Assembly (NCBI GenBank): GCA_943355005.1
Contig: CALRDV010000002.1
Span: 397 to 64,396, forward strand
Source of the DNA: Patescibacteria group bacterium
Lineage (GTDB): Bacteria > Patescibacteriota > Microgenomatia > UBA1400 > MFAQ01
Reading direction: 5' to 3'
DNA: 64,000 bases
Position 1 is the stretch's first letter. Each line of letters starts with the position of its first letter. Below are positions 1-9,360 of the stretch, piece by piece. A program made the position numbers and the translations under genes. Below the pieces are notes generated by a model that made no database searches, was not told the origin of the DNA, and saw nothing but the letters and a program-made list of their open reading frames with translations.

Positions 1-35
1 AGTCCTATAGTTTAACGCAATTACGAACAACATAG

Positions 36-449
36 CTAGGAGCTATTTCTCGGGCCGTAGTCGTCTCGACGACTGCCAAATAACCCCCCAATCACCGCTA
101 AAACCGCCACAAGCGCCCCAATAATCTTAATCACCACTAAAAAATTTCCAGCAAGAATGAACATATATGCAAAATATATCGCCGTGATCAGTCCCACGAT
201 TATTAAAACGATAACCAAAACCATAACGACCATCATCATATTGAAAAATTTTTGTGCCCCCGCCTGAACGTCCAGAGCCTCCTTCGCATCAGTCGTATCG
301 CAATCAAACGATTTGCCAATGCAATTGCGATCATTCCAGGCGCCGTTCAGCTTTGTAATATATTTACTGCTCAACGGCACATCATACCGTTGAATACCGT
401 CGGACACAATCAAGCCATTGTCGCTACGAGCTATTATTGTCCACTTCAT
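36..449 (-). CDS. Small membrane protein with C-terminal TM helices, hypothetical. The likely start is an internal ATG at 449 with AGGAGG 7 nt upstream. The ORF track extends to 575.
   Basis: ORF on minus strand; SD AGGAGG at 459-464 (revcomp) before ATG at 447-449; hydrophobic C-terminus. Confidence 0.5.
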   Translation of the reverse strand: MKWTIIARSDNGLIVSDGIQRYDVPLSSKYITKLNGAWNDRNCIGKSFDCDTTDAKEALDVQAGAQKFFNMMMVVMVLVIVLIIVGLITAIYFAYMFILAGNFLVVIKIIGALVAVLAVIGGLFGSRRDDYGPRNSS

Positions 450-582
450 GTTAATCTGCCTCCTATCTAAATCTGAGTATTTGCCGAAATTATACATGAA
501 TAAACCCAAAAAGTCAATAATTATAGGCTCATTTGTAAACACCAGAACAATCTGAACACTCAGTACTCGAAGCACAAAAAAC

Positions 583-601
583 CCGCCTTTCGGCGGGTTT
601 T
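583..601. terminator. Bidirectional rho-independent terminator-like hairpin (AAAACCCGCCTTTCGGCGGGTTTTTT).
   Basis: GC stem with TTTCG loop, flanked by A-run and T-run; separates the 16S 3' flank from the upstream CDS. Confidence 0.6.
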
Positions 602-737
602 TTGTTTCATTAATTCAAGTGAGCAACAGCTTTTTATCATCTAAAGAGTGGCAAGAGTCAGGTGAATTGTATTTAGACACTCATTCACCAATAGTGTGGC
701 GATTTATCATCGGACTCGTGAAGTCCTTTACTCCTAG

Positions 738-2229
<1,492 letters not shown>

Positions 2230-2473
2230 AAAAAAAATTGAATAGATTTCGTCACTCTCACCACTCTTTATATGACAAAAATTGTAGAAAATATTATTCT
2301 GCTAATAAATATTCTCTGCTGTTGCTTTACTTGTTAATGAACTTGGATATTTTAACAGCCAGTTCGAGCCTCCGCAAGTATGTCTTTTTAGTGACACTTT
2401 TGAAGATCTAACCACTTTCCGAAAACCCAAATCGGTACGTTTATTTTAGCACAACTAATCTCTTACAGCATCT

Positions 2474-2499
2474 GTCATTCCTGGCTTGACCCGGAATCC
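2474..2499. repeat. Type-A palindromic element GTCATTCCTGGCTTGACCCGGAATCC.
   Basis: Inverted repeat ATTCC..GGAAT; family recurs at least 14 times in the window. Confidence 0.85.
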
Positions 2500-2512
2500 A
2501 GTCCCAACACTT

Positions 2513-2551
2513 GTCATTGCGAATCTCGTACTCGAGCTGTGGCAATCCAGG
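2513..2551. repeat. Type-B palindromic element GTCATTGCGAATCTCGTACTCGAGCTGTGGCAATCCAGG.
   Basis: Same GTCATT...AATCC frame with a longer core; 6 copies in the window. Confidence 0.85.
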
Positions 2552-2558
2552 CATTCTC

Positions 2559-2593
2559 GTCATTCCAACCGAGCACAGCGAGTGGAGGAATCT
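2559..2593. repeat. Type-C variant GTCATTCCAACCGAGCACAGCGAGTGGAGGAATC. It is the third of three stacked elements upstream of the 16S.
   Basis: Shares GTCATTCC...GGAATC termini; a related copy is at 9965. Confidence 0.7.
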
Positions 2594-2705
2594 CCCTCTA
2601 CCCACGCTCAAAAACCACCCCATAACTTGACTTTAGCCTCATTCTGTGCTAAACTCTGCCATCAATCGCCGCTAGGCGTGAACCTTAAAAAGAAAGGAGG
2701 TTTCC

Positions 2706-3473
2706 GTGAAAAGAAAAACATTTCTCTGCTGGATGAATGCAGAAGACCAGCCTTCATCGGTTATTAGTGCAAAGCTAGGCAATGCAGAAAAACCATTTTT
2801 CGTTAGATTGACCGGGGGTTGTGGCTTTATGAGCAGATCAGACGGAGAAGAATCCATAAAAGTTTTACTGGACACACTGACCGGTTTCAACGGTGTACTT
2901 CTTTACGGAGGCACGCGCGTTTACGAACCAAGCTCAAGTTCTTTGTCGGAATTTTCCGTTTTTCCAACCATTTTGGAAGTTCCTCCAATGCTTAGAAAAA
3001 TTAACAGGGGCATGATGTCTTTTGGCATCATCCCTCGGCTAACCAACGTTGAGTTCGATGCTGACCTGGGGCTGATCATCAGTAAAAACGATGAAAACGG
3101 CTTTCTAACAGTCATCCACCCCAATCAAGATATCTGCCTCGTCTTACAAAGAGACGTGGATCGAGGTTTCCCTGGAGATAAATATTGGGATATCGAGTGG
3201 CGTTTTTGTCTGGAAGTCGTTAAGTCATTCCTGGAAAATCGAAATAATTCTGGGACGGTTTTGATTTCATATAACGGAGGTGTTTCCACCGGAAAAGAAA
3301 TCGAAGCCTGGGCCAACAACAATTGGCCGGTTATTCTTTTTGAAAACAGTGGCAGAGTCACTACCGAGTTCTGTAGAAATACAGAATGGTTGGCGGCTCA
3401 CCCATCAGTTTTTGTCGCGAAATCTTCAGAAGATGCTCGCGAACAACTCACATTGTTAGGAGGTCTATCTTGA
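2706..3473 (+). CDS. Hypothetical Rossmann-like protein, possibly SLOG/LOG-like (GG-rich motifs LTGGCGFMS, LLYGGTR, NGGVSTGKE). GTG start. First of a tandem paralog pair.
   Basis: Sigma70-like promoter TTGACT(2626)-17-TAAACT; SD AAGGAGG 5 nt before GTG; 255 aa ORF. Confidence 0.6.
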   Translation: MKRKTFLCWMNAEDQPSSVISAKLGNAEKPFFVRLTGGCGFMSRSDGEESIKVLLDTLTGFNGVLLYGGTRVYEPSSSSLSEFSVFPTILEVPPMLRKINRGMMSFGIIPRLTNVEFDADLGLIISKNDENGFLTVIHPNQDICLVLQRDVDRGFPGDKYWDIEWRFCLEVVKSFLENRNNSGTVLISYNGGVSTGKEIEAWANNNWPVILFENSGRVTTEFCRNTEWLAAHPSVFVAKSSEDAREQLTLLGGLS

Positions 3474-4240
3474 ACCATAATTCACTTCTTGTAACAGTTC
3501 CTGGACCGGGCGTACATCTTCGCGTCTCAGACGCAGGTTTCCCGGCAGACATGGTCTATGTTGCCCAAAATGTCGCCGACACTTGCCGCAAACTTGGCAT
3601 CATACCCAGCGTTCATCGCATTGTTGGTGGCATGAACGTTCCAAACCCAGATGCGATGTATGATTACTTTTTGAATGCCTTTGGTGGACTTAACGGAGCA
3701 CTCATCATGAGTGGCGCCACACGTTGCCTAACAGAGTCAGGTTTCACTCCTTCTGTAGCAGAAGTTGTACCATTTGTGAAGAAGTTCTTACCCAACTCTG
3801 TTACCGCTGGTTCTTTTCCCCGCACTGAAGGCATGACTTTGTCAGGTCATGGAACCCTTTTTGTTGGGTCAGAACACACTGTCATCCCGAATCCCGAGAC
3901 CGAACATGTTGTGATCATCCAGAAAGATGGTAATGATGACTCTCTGCATGATCAGTGGAATGCGGATCTTCAGTTCTATCTCGATTACATGCAACTGCTT
4001 CGAGACGAAATGGGGTTCGTGCCGGTTCTAACAGTTTGGGAAGGTGGCGGTGTTTCAGTCAAAGAAGCCACACAGGGAAATGACCGTGGTTTCCGTGTTT
4101 GCGTGGCAGAGGGATCAGGTCGTGCTTGTAACAACCAGCTCTCACCTGCCAACTTCAATGGCAAAAATATACACCATGTTCCCTACAAAAATGGCACCCT
4201 GCAGCGGACTTTAATGCAGGCATGGAAAATCAGCAAATAA
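3470..4240 (+). CDS. Paralog of the preceding gene (about 256 aa from TTG at 3470; the ORF track starts at 3386). Same GG motifs (LIMSGATR, EGGGVSVKE).
   Basis: AGGAGG 6 nt upstream of in-frame TTG at 3470; 4-nt overlap with upstream stop suggests coupling; collinear similarity to 2706..3473. Confidence 0.55.
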   Translation: MNHNSLLVTVPGPGVHLRVSDAGFPADMVYVAQNVADTCRKLGIIPSVHRIVGGMNVPNPDAMYDYFLNAFGGLNGALIMSGATRCLTESGFTPSVAEVVPFVKKFLPNSVTAGSFPRTEGMTLSGHGTLFVGSEHTVIPNPETEHVVIIQKDGNDDSLHDQWNADLQFYLDYMQLLRDEMGFVPVLTVWEGGGVSVKEATQGNDRGFRVCVAEGSGRACNNQLSPANFNGKNIHHVPYKNGTLQRTLMQAWKISK

Positions 4241-4246
4241 AACAAA

Positions 4247-4275
4247 AGACCCCCGCAATCGCGTGGGTCTTTTTT
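4247..4275 (+). terminator. Rho-independent terminator (GACCCCCGCAATCGCGTGGGTCTTTTTTATT).
   Basis: Hairpin plus T-run directly after the stop at 4240. Confidence 0.6.
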
Positions 4276-4343
4276 ATTGATTTACCCCATTCATCCTGCT
4301 AAAATCCACGTATCGCAATTTAAAATTAAGAAAGGAGTCACCA

Positions 4344-4829
4344 ATGGCTCTAATTATCGATATGCCGAAACTACTGGAGATTCAAGCCTCTGGCTTAGCA
4401 ACCAGGGTTTGGAAGTACGCACCAACCTATTGGCGATATTCGACAAGAGAAGATGTTGAATATGGTCTTGTCAGTCGCGGTCTCAATATCAGTCCAAGAT
4501 CAGTAATTGTCCAAACCCTCGAAGGACCCAAGGAAATGGATGAAATTATTTGCATGGGTCTGGATGGAGAACTCTGGCCAACAAGTATAAAAGATTTTTG
4601 CCTTTCAAAAGTTATTTCAGATAAACCCTCCGATATTCCAGGTTGGAGACTAAGTTACAACAAGCCCGACGATCTCTGCTGGGCCATCCAGGTGGATGAA
4701 GATTTTACCGTCACGGCAGGTCACTCAAAACCCCTTTCTCAAAAAGCAGGAGCCTACCTCCTCTTCAAAGAAAAATGGGCATGGCCCGTCGCAGAACTGC
4801 TGTTCCCCCTATACTACAGACCCGTCTAA
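4344..4829 (+). CDS. Hypothetical protein, 161 aa.
   Basis: SD AAAGGAG before ATG; terminator hairpin at 4835-4859. Confidence 0.55.
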   Translation: MALIIDMPKLLEIQASGLATRVWKYAPTYWRYSTREDVEYGLVSRGLNISPRSVIVQTLEGPKEMDEIICMGLDGELWPTSIKDFCLSKVISDKPSDIPGWRLSYNKPDDLCWAIQVDEDFTVTAGHSKPLSQKAGAYLLFKEKWAWPVAELLFPLYYRPV

Positions 4830-4901
4830 AACCAACCCTCTCACGAGGGTCTTTTTTTATCAATTTGACTACCACCCCAAAAATACGATATATTGGTATA
4901 T

Positions 4902-5072
4902 ATGGCCAAAAAAGCTGCCCGAAAAACAACCAAGAAGGTTACCAAATCCACCAATGGCGCAAAACCAGTGATGAAAGCAAAGAAAGAAGAAAGCTACCTG
5001 GCTCTTCTTCTCATCATCCTAGCCGCCTCCCTCTTCTTCTTCTGGCTTGTAGTCAGCACCCAGGGAGTTTAA
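4902..5072 (+). CDS. Candidate small membrane protein, 56 aa (MAKKAARKTTKKVTK...LALLLIILAASLFFFWLVVSTQGV). Not in the ORF track because it is under 60 aa.
   Basis: Lys-rich N-terminus plus one TM helix; TTGACT(4865)-17-GATATA/TATATT promoter-like motifs just upstream; bidirectional terminator at 5094-5126. Confidence 0.35.
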   Translation: MAKKAARKTTKKVTKSTNGAKPVMKAKKEESYLALLLIILAASLFFFWLVVSTQGV

Positions 5073-5093
5073 ATAAGCATCTATTAGATATTA

Positions 5094-5126
5094 AAAAGCC
5101 CGGGCATCTGCCCGGGCTTTTTGTTA
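5094..5126. terminator. Bidirectional terminator (AAAAAGCCCGGGCATCTGCCCGGGCTTTTTGTT).
   Basis: Perfect GC hairpin flanked by an A-run and a T-run, between convergent genes. Confidence 0.7.
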
Positions 5127-5441
5127 CTCACTTCTAACAAAAGTGTGCTTGAGTGATTCCATAAAACTAATTGTTTCTTCAAAATTCAGGACTAAATAGT
5201 TTCTTGAAAACTCCAGCGTATTAAACCTTACGAGAACATCCCCCACCCAAAACTCAGACTGACCTTCATCATCCCCACCCAGCAGATCGATCAAGTCAGC
5301 CTCGTACCCCCCACCACCTTTGCCTGGACCAGCCAAAAAATTTATCTTTACTATACCCTCGATTTCCATAACCTCCACAGAACAGTTATATCCAGCATGT
5401 TTCATTTTGGGCACAAAAAGCGCCCTTTTCACCTCATTCAT
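5124..5441 (-). CDS. Hypothetical protein, about 105 aa from the internal ATG; Gly-rich segment GPGKGGGGYE.
   Basis: GAAAGGAGA SD 5-7 nt before the second ATG (MNEVKR...). Confidence 0.5.
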   Translation of the reverse strand: MNEVKRALFVPKMKHAGYNCSVEVMEIEGIVKINFLAGPGKGGGGYEADLIDLLGGDDEGQSEFWVGDVLVRFNTLEFSRNYLVLNFEETISFMESLKHTFVRSE

Positions 5442-5626
5442 CACAGTTCTCCTTTCAACGAACAAATTTTATGATTTAAATATATCATATCACAAATAAC
5501 CCTATAATACAATTCTTTTAGCCTCATCCTCATTTTTTAGCCTGAAAATCTACCTCGCGATTCATTGTACTACCCAAAGTTATATAATCTAGCTTCACCC
5601 ACTTTGAAATTCAAAGGAGATTACCC

Positions 5627-6409
5627 ATGACATTCATTTTTCATTCCGATTGCACCTGCCCCAGCTGTGGTTTCACCGGCGCAAATATCAAGATCCAAGA
5701 CTCGTATTCCAACTTCCCAAATCCCGAGGGTGTTTTTAAACTAGGGATATTTAGTCATGATGATTGTGGCTACAGCGAAGATCTAGGAAAATTTATAAAA
5801 AGAATTATCTCCGAACAGCGCGTAGGAAGTTATTCCGACAATCTTCTAAAATTAATCTACCAGAGGGAGCTTTTCCTCTCCACCACCCAGGATCACTACA
5901 AGCAGCTTGCCAAAGCGATCCAAAAAATAAATTCCCTGGTCAATGGATTTTTCTACACTACAGTCCTTACTGTCAACGACATCCCACTTGACACCACTTG
6001 CCCGCTTTGCGACGAAGTCCAACTTCAGGCAGCTGAGGATGAGATGGTCTGTAGCCATGGTCATTACAAAGTACCGGTTAAGTATTATCTCGAAGCCAAG
6101 TTAACTGCCTTGGGCTGTGAAGTCAAATCGGTTTTGGGAGATACAGAATCCACTTACGAAGTTTCCCAAGAAATATCTTTTACGCCAATAGCCAGTAGCT
6201 TCATATTACCCATATTTAGTACCGGAAAAGCCAAACTGACTAATAAGAAGATCGGCAATATTGTCTATCGTTTTCACGATGGTGAAAGAAAACTTGTCAT
6301 CAGCACAGGAGAACTTGCCGGTGCCTCTTACCTAATTTTTGTTGACTTGATCAAGTATCACTTCCAAGGTCAATTTAAAATCATTATCAAAAACGAGTCT
6401 GACTCGTAA
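5627..6409 (+). CDS. Hypothetical protein with N-terminal Cys4 zinc-ribbon (CTCPSC...CPLCDE...CSHGH).
   Basis: SD AAAGGAG; 260 aa ORF; terminator hairpins at 6427-6452 and 6461-6481. Confidence 0.6.
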   Translation: MTFIFHSDCTCPSCGFTGANIKIQDSYSNFPNPEGVFKLGIFSHDDCGYSEDLGKFIKRIISEQRVGSYSDNLLKLIYQRELFLSTTQDHYKQLAKAIQKINSLVNGFFYTTVLTVNDIPLDTTCPLCDEVQLQAAEDEMVCSHGHYKVPVKYYLEAKLTALGCEVKSVLGDTESTYEVSQEISFTPIASSFILPIFSTGKAKLTNKKIGNIVYRFHDGERKLVISTGELAGASYLIFVDLIKYHFQGQFKIIIKNESDS

Positions 6410-6480
6410 CTCTCCAAACAAACAAACCTTCCCAACCAGGAAGGTTTTTTTACAAAAAATTCCCCCGGCTAGCGGGGGTC

Positions 6481-6708
6481 TTAAAACCAAGGTAATCCAA
6501 ACAAAGGTCCTCGATATTCCAAATATTGGTTCTCAAACATATGGACACCGTTATCATAAACCTTCAAAAATGCATACAGAATCAGGTATTGCTCCAAGAA
6601 CTGAGTCACTTCTTCGGTTTTATCACAGCAAAACACCGGCTGATCCAGATATGTGACCAAAAACCTTTTTTCTTTATCTATCTCAATCACCTTAGGAGTA
6701 TCAGACAT
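6481..6708 (-). CDS. Small hypothetical protein, about 75 aa, downstream of mnmA.
   Basis: GGAGGT 5 nt before the internal ATG (MSDTPK...). Confidence 0.4.
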   Translation of the reverse strand: MSDTPKVIEIDKEKRFLVTYLDQPVFCCDKTEEVTQFLEQYLILYAFLKVYDNGVHMFENQYLEYRGPLFGLPWF

Positions 6709-6742
6709 TTTTACCTCCAATTCAGAGTACGCTCAAATCAAA

Positions 6743-7900
6743 TTATACAATTACCCCGCCACCCAAACACTCTCCGCCTTCTGTGTAGAATACTGCACTC
6801 TGTCCGGCCGCGATTCCTCGAATATCTTTATCCAGGATTATCGTCAGCCCATCTCCCATTTCCATCCCCCTTGCGCCAATTAATTCCCCACCATGACGAA
6901 TTCTCACCAAGAGATCATCCATATTCCATTTAGTTTTCGATATTTTATTTATCTCCCCCACCTCAAACTGATCCTCCATGGCGTCATCGGATTCTCCCAC
7001 CACCAATTCATTTTTTTTCGCATCTTTGGAAATCACATAAAATATTGGCGTCTCATTGTCATTGCGAGTTTCGTACTCGAACCGTGGCAATCCAGGAATT
7101 ATTTTATCCTTAGATAATTTTTTTTGAGCCGTTGGATTCATTACCCATCCACCTCTTTGTCCAATGGTATAGAACCACACTCCATCATGAGTTCCCACCT
7201 CATTTCCCTCGGTATCCAACACTTTTCCAACTTGCTTCTTTAATCTTCTGGCCAGAAATTCTTTCACTTCCACATTCCCTACGAAGCAAATTCCCTGACT
7301 ATCTTTGCGGTCGGCCACACTAAGCTTTGCTTCTTTAGCCAATTCTCGCACTTTACCCTTTTCAAAGTCTCCAAGGGGAAAAAGCACACGAGCCAGCTCT
7401 TTCTGAGTCAATTTCCATAGAAAATATGTTTGATCTTTATGTTTATCTTTCGGTATCAGAAGACGTCCCCCGGCCAGTTTTGCATAATGTCCTGTCGCAA
7501 TAAAGTCAAAGCCATTCTCCATCGCCCAGTCAAGGAAAAGTCCAAACTTAATCTCACTGTTACACAATACATCCGGGTTCGGAGTTCTCCCGGCTTCATA
7601 CTCCTCATAAAAATATTTAATCACTCTTTGGTTATATTCTTCGGAGAAATCCAAAACCTTAAAGGGAATTCCCAATTCCAAGCAAGTTTGCAAAGCCATC
7701 TGTCTATCCTCATCGGCTCTACAGCCATTTTTCTTTATCCATTCTTCCCTTGTAATACCATCTTTTTCAATCTCACTTTTCGGTGGCCAGCAATACAAGT
7801 GAACTCCAGTCACGTCATAACCCGCCTTTTTCAAAAGCAACGCACTTACGGCGCTATCCACGCCTCCGGAAATCCCTACAGCCACTTTTAATTGATTCAC
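6743..7900 (-). CDS. mnmA: tRNA-specific 2-thiouridylase MnmA (GTG start), carrying an in-frame type-B repeat insertion (peptide IIPGLPRFEYETRNDNETPIF).
   Basis: N-terminal PP-loop SGGVDS, conserved MnmA core, ORF uninterrupted through repeat 7058-7096. Confidence 0.85.
   Translation of the reverse strand: MNQLKVAVGISGGVDSAVSALLLKKAGYDVTGVHLYCWPPKSEIEKDGITREEWIKKNGCRADEDRQMALQTCLELGIPFKVLDFSEEYNQRVIKYFYEEYEAGRTPNPDVLCNSEIKFGLFLDWAMENGFDFIATGHYAKLAGGRLLIPKDKHKDQTYFLWKLTQKELARVLFPLGDFEKGKVRELAKEAKLSVADRKDSQGICFVGNVEVKEFLARRLKKQVGKVLDTEGNEVGTHDGVWFYTIGQRGGWVMNPTAQKKLSKDKIIPGLPRFEYETRNDNETPIFYVISKDAKKNELVVGESDDAMEDQFEVGEINKISKTKWNMDDLLVRIRHGGELIGARGMEMGDGLTIILDKDIRGIAAGQSAVFYTEGGECLGGGVIV
7058..7096. 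repeat. Type-B element inside mnmA (GTCATTGCGAGTTTCGTACTCGAACCGTGGCAATCCAGG).
   Basis: Repeat family member; translated in frame. Confidence 0.85.
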
Positions 7901-7937
7901 AGGCTATATTTTACGCTAAAAACACGTTCACGTTATA

Positions 7938-8624
7938 TTATAAATTTTCAAATATCACACCTAGCCCACCTTTTGGCAAAAATCTCAAATCATCAGTCAT
8001 GAACCTTGGCATATCGGCATTAATAATGTCACCGGCGGCTTCACAGCCTAAAACCGTTCTTTCTCTTAGATGTTTCCCAATTCCATTTGTACCCTGTCTT
8101 CGAACGCCCTCTTGTTGATCTTCGGCCGCCATTATCCACATTAGTTTATTCACAACAGAAAAAATTGCCTCCATCCTCACAATAGTCTCCTTTTTCCAAT
8201 CGCCACCTGGCGTCTTCCCATCACCACAATATTTGTTGGGAACAAAACCAAATCCTATTTTGGGTAATCGCTTCACATAACTTTCAATAAAGTCTTGTAT
8301 CTCGGAATCTTCAACCAAGGGTTTAACCCCCTCACCAAAAATACTTCCACCTGGCACTTTATTAAGCTCCAAGACTACTTTTTTCATCAACTCTACAATC
8401 CTTTCTTCACCAAATTTTTCAAAAACAGTTTTAGCCTGTTCACTTAGATTTGCCTTTCCTTCAATATTAGTAAAATCAATCCCTGTTTTTTTAAGTAGTT
8501 CTCTTTTCCAAACCCTCTCTGGTTCACCCAAGAAAACAACTTCACCAGTCTTTATTTTTTCCTCCACCAGGTTTCCAATGAACCTCAGTTGCTCCTTAAG
8601 CTCAGTAGGTTGTTTTTCCATCAT
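7938..8624 (-). CDS. Hypothetical protein, 228 aa; paralogous to 8674..9342 (shared ...N.L..IMAxxD... region).
   Basis: ORF; local similarity VNKLMWIMAAEDQ vs LNELTYIMASSDE. Confidence 0.5.
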   Translation of the reverse strand: MMEKQPTELKEQLRFIGNLVEEKIKTGEVVFLGEPERVWKRELLKKTGIDFTNIEGKANLSEQAKTVFEKFGEERIVELMKKVVLELNKVPGGSIFGEGVKPLVEDSEIQDFIESYVKRLPKIGFGFVPNKYCGDGKTPGGDWKKETIVRMEAIFSVVNKLMWIMAAEDQQEGVRRQGTNGIGKHLRERTVLGCEAAGDIINADMPRFMTDDLRFLPKGGLGVIFENL

Positions 8625-8673
8625 GCCAATATTATATCCCTATCAGAATCAAAACAAAAAAATCTTACAAATT

Positions 8674-9342
8674 TTAATTCTTCCCTAATACTTTTACCAA
8701 AGCCTCTAAGCCCTTATCAGAAATTCCTCTAATATGCTCTCTGTATTCAGGTGTGCCATACCTTTTAGAATTTTCAGGAAAAGTCGCTCCACCGCTCTCT
8801 AGTCCTTTAATGATTTGAGACCTCAGATTGTCTGTAGCTGAAGATTCATTTTGACGAATTTTTGCCTCAAGTTCATCTGAAGATGCCATAATATAAGTCA
8901 ATTCATTTAAAATTGACATTATCATCTCAATATTTTTAGTGGTATTTTCCTGCCAATTTCCCTCATTTTCCGCTGATAAATATTTCTGTGTCGAAAAATC
9001 AAAAACAAACTTATCCGATTGTTCTGACATAAACTGTCTAGTGAAGTCTTCAATCCCTGGCAATTTGACATCACTATAAACCTGTTTAATAACATCAATC
9101 ACCATTTCAGATGTTTTGTCTTTTCCAAATACTCTTACCAGATTTGCTGCATCCTCAGCTGCACTTCCAAAAATAATTGCCGATTCCAACTTTGCTCCAT
9201 TATCCACCATTGCAGCCCTTAAACTATTTCTTTCTGGCTCTTTTATTATTATGTCATCAGCAGCCGCAACAGCTTTCTCCATATTTTGAGCAATAAATCC
9301 TAAAGCTTCGGGTGATAACTCAACTTTTGGTTCTTGATTCAT
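8674..9342 (-). CDS. Hypothetical protein, 222 aa (paralog of the preceding gene).
   Basis: ORF; paralogous motif. Confidence 0.5.
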   Translation of the reverse strand: MNQEPKVELSPEALGFIAQNMEKAVAAADDIIIKEPERNSLRAAMVDNGAKLESAIIFGSAAEDAANLVRVFGKDKTSEMVIDVIKQVYSDVKLPGIEDFTRQFMSEQSDKFVFDFSTQKYLSAENEGNWQENTTKNIEMIMSILNELTYIMASSDELEAKIRQNESSATDNLRSQIIKGLESGGATFPENSKRYGTPEYREHIRGISDKGLEALVKVLGKN

Positions 9343-9360
9343 ATCGCAATTGTATATCCT

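Noticed and set aside
2441-2767. ORFs 2441..2623 (-) and 2486..2767 (+) with peptides such as LPQLEYEIRNDK, WIPGQARND and WQSRHS.
   Set aside because: They are composed entirely of translated palindromic repeat elements in the 16S upstream region. They have no SD and no independent coding signal.
3883-3896. GTCATCCCGAATCC inside CDS 3470..4240, resembling a collapsed element (GTCATTCCCGA + ATCC).
   Set aside because: Only 14 nt with one mismatch; too short to distinguish from chance. It could be an excision footprint, but this is not supportable from this window alone.
4775-5137. 120-aa ORF 4775..5137 (+).
   Set aside because: It has no RBS or promoter and a biased Arg/Pro-rich composition. 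The overlapping 56-aa frame (4902..5072) with a promoter-like TTGACT/-10 and a TM helix is more plausible.
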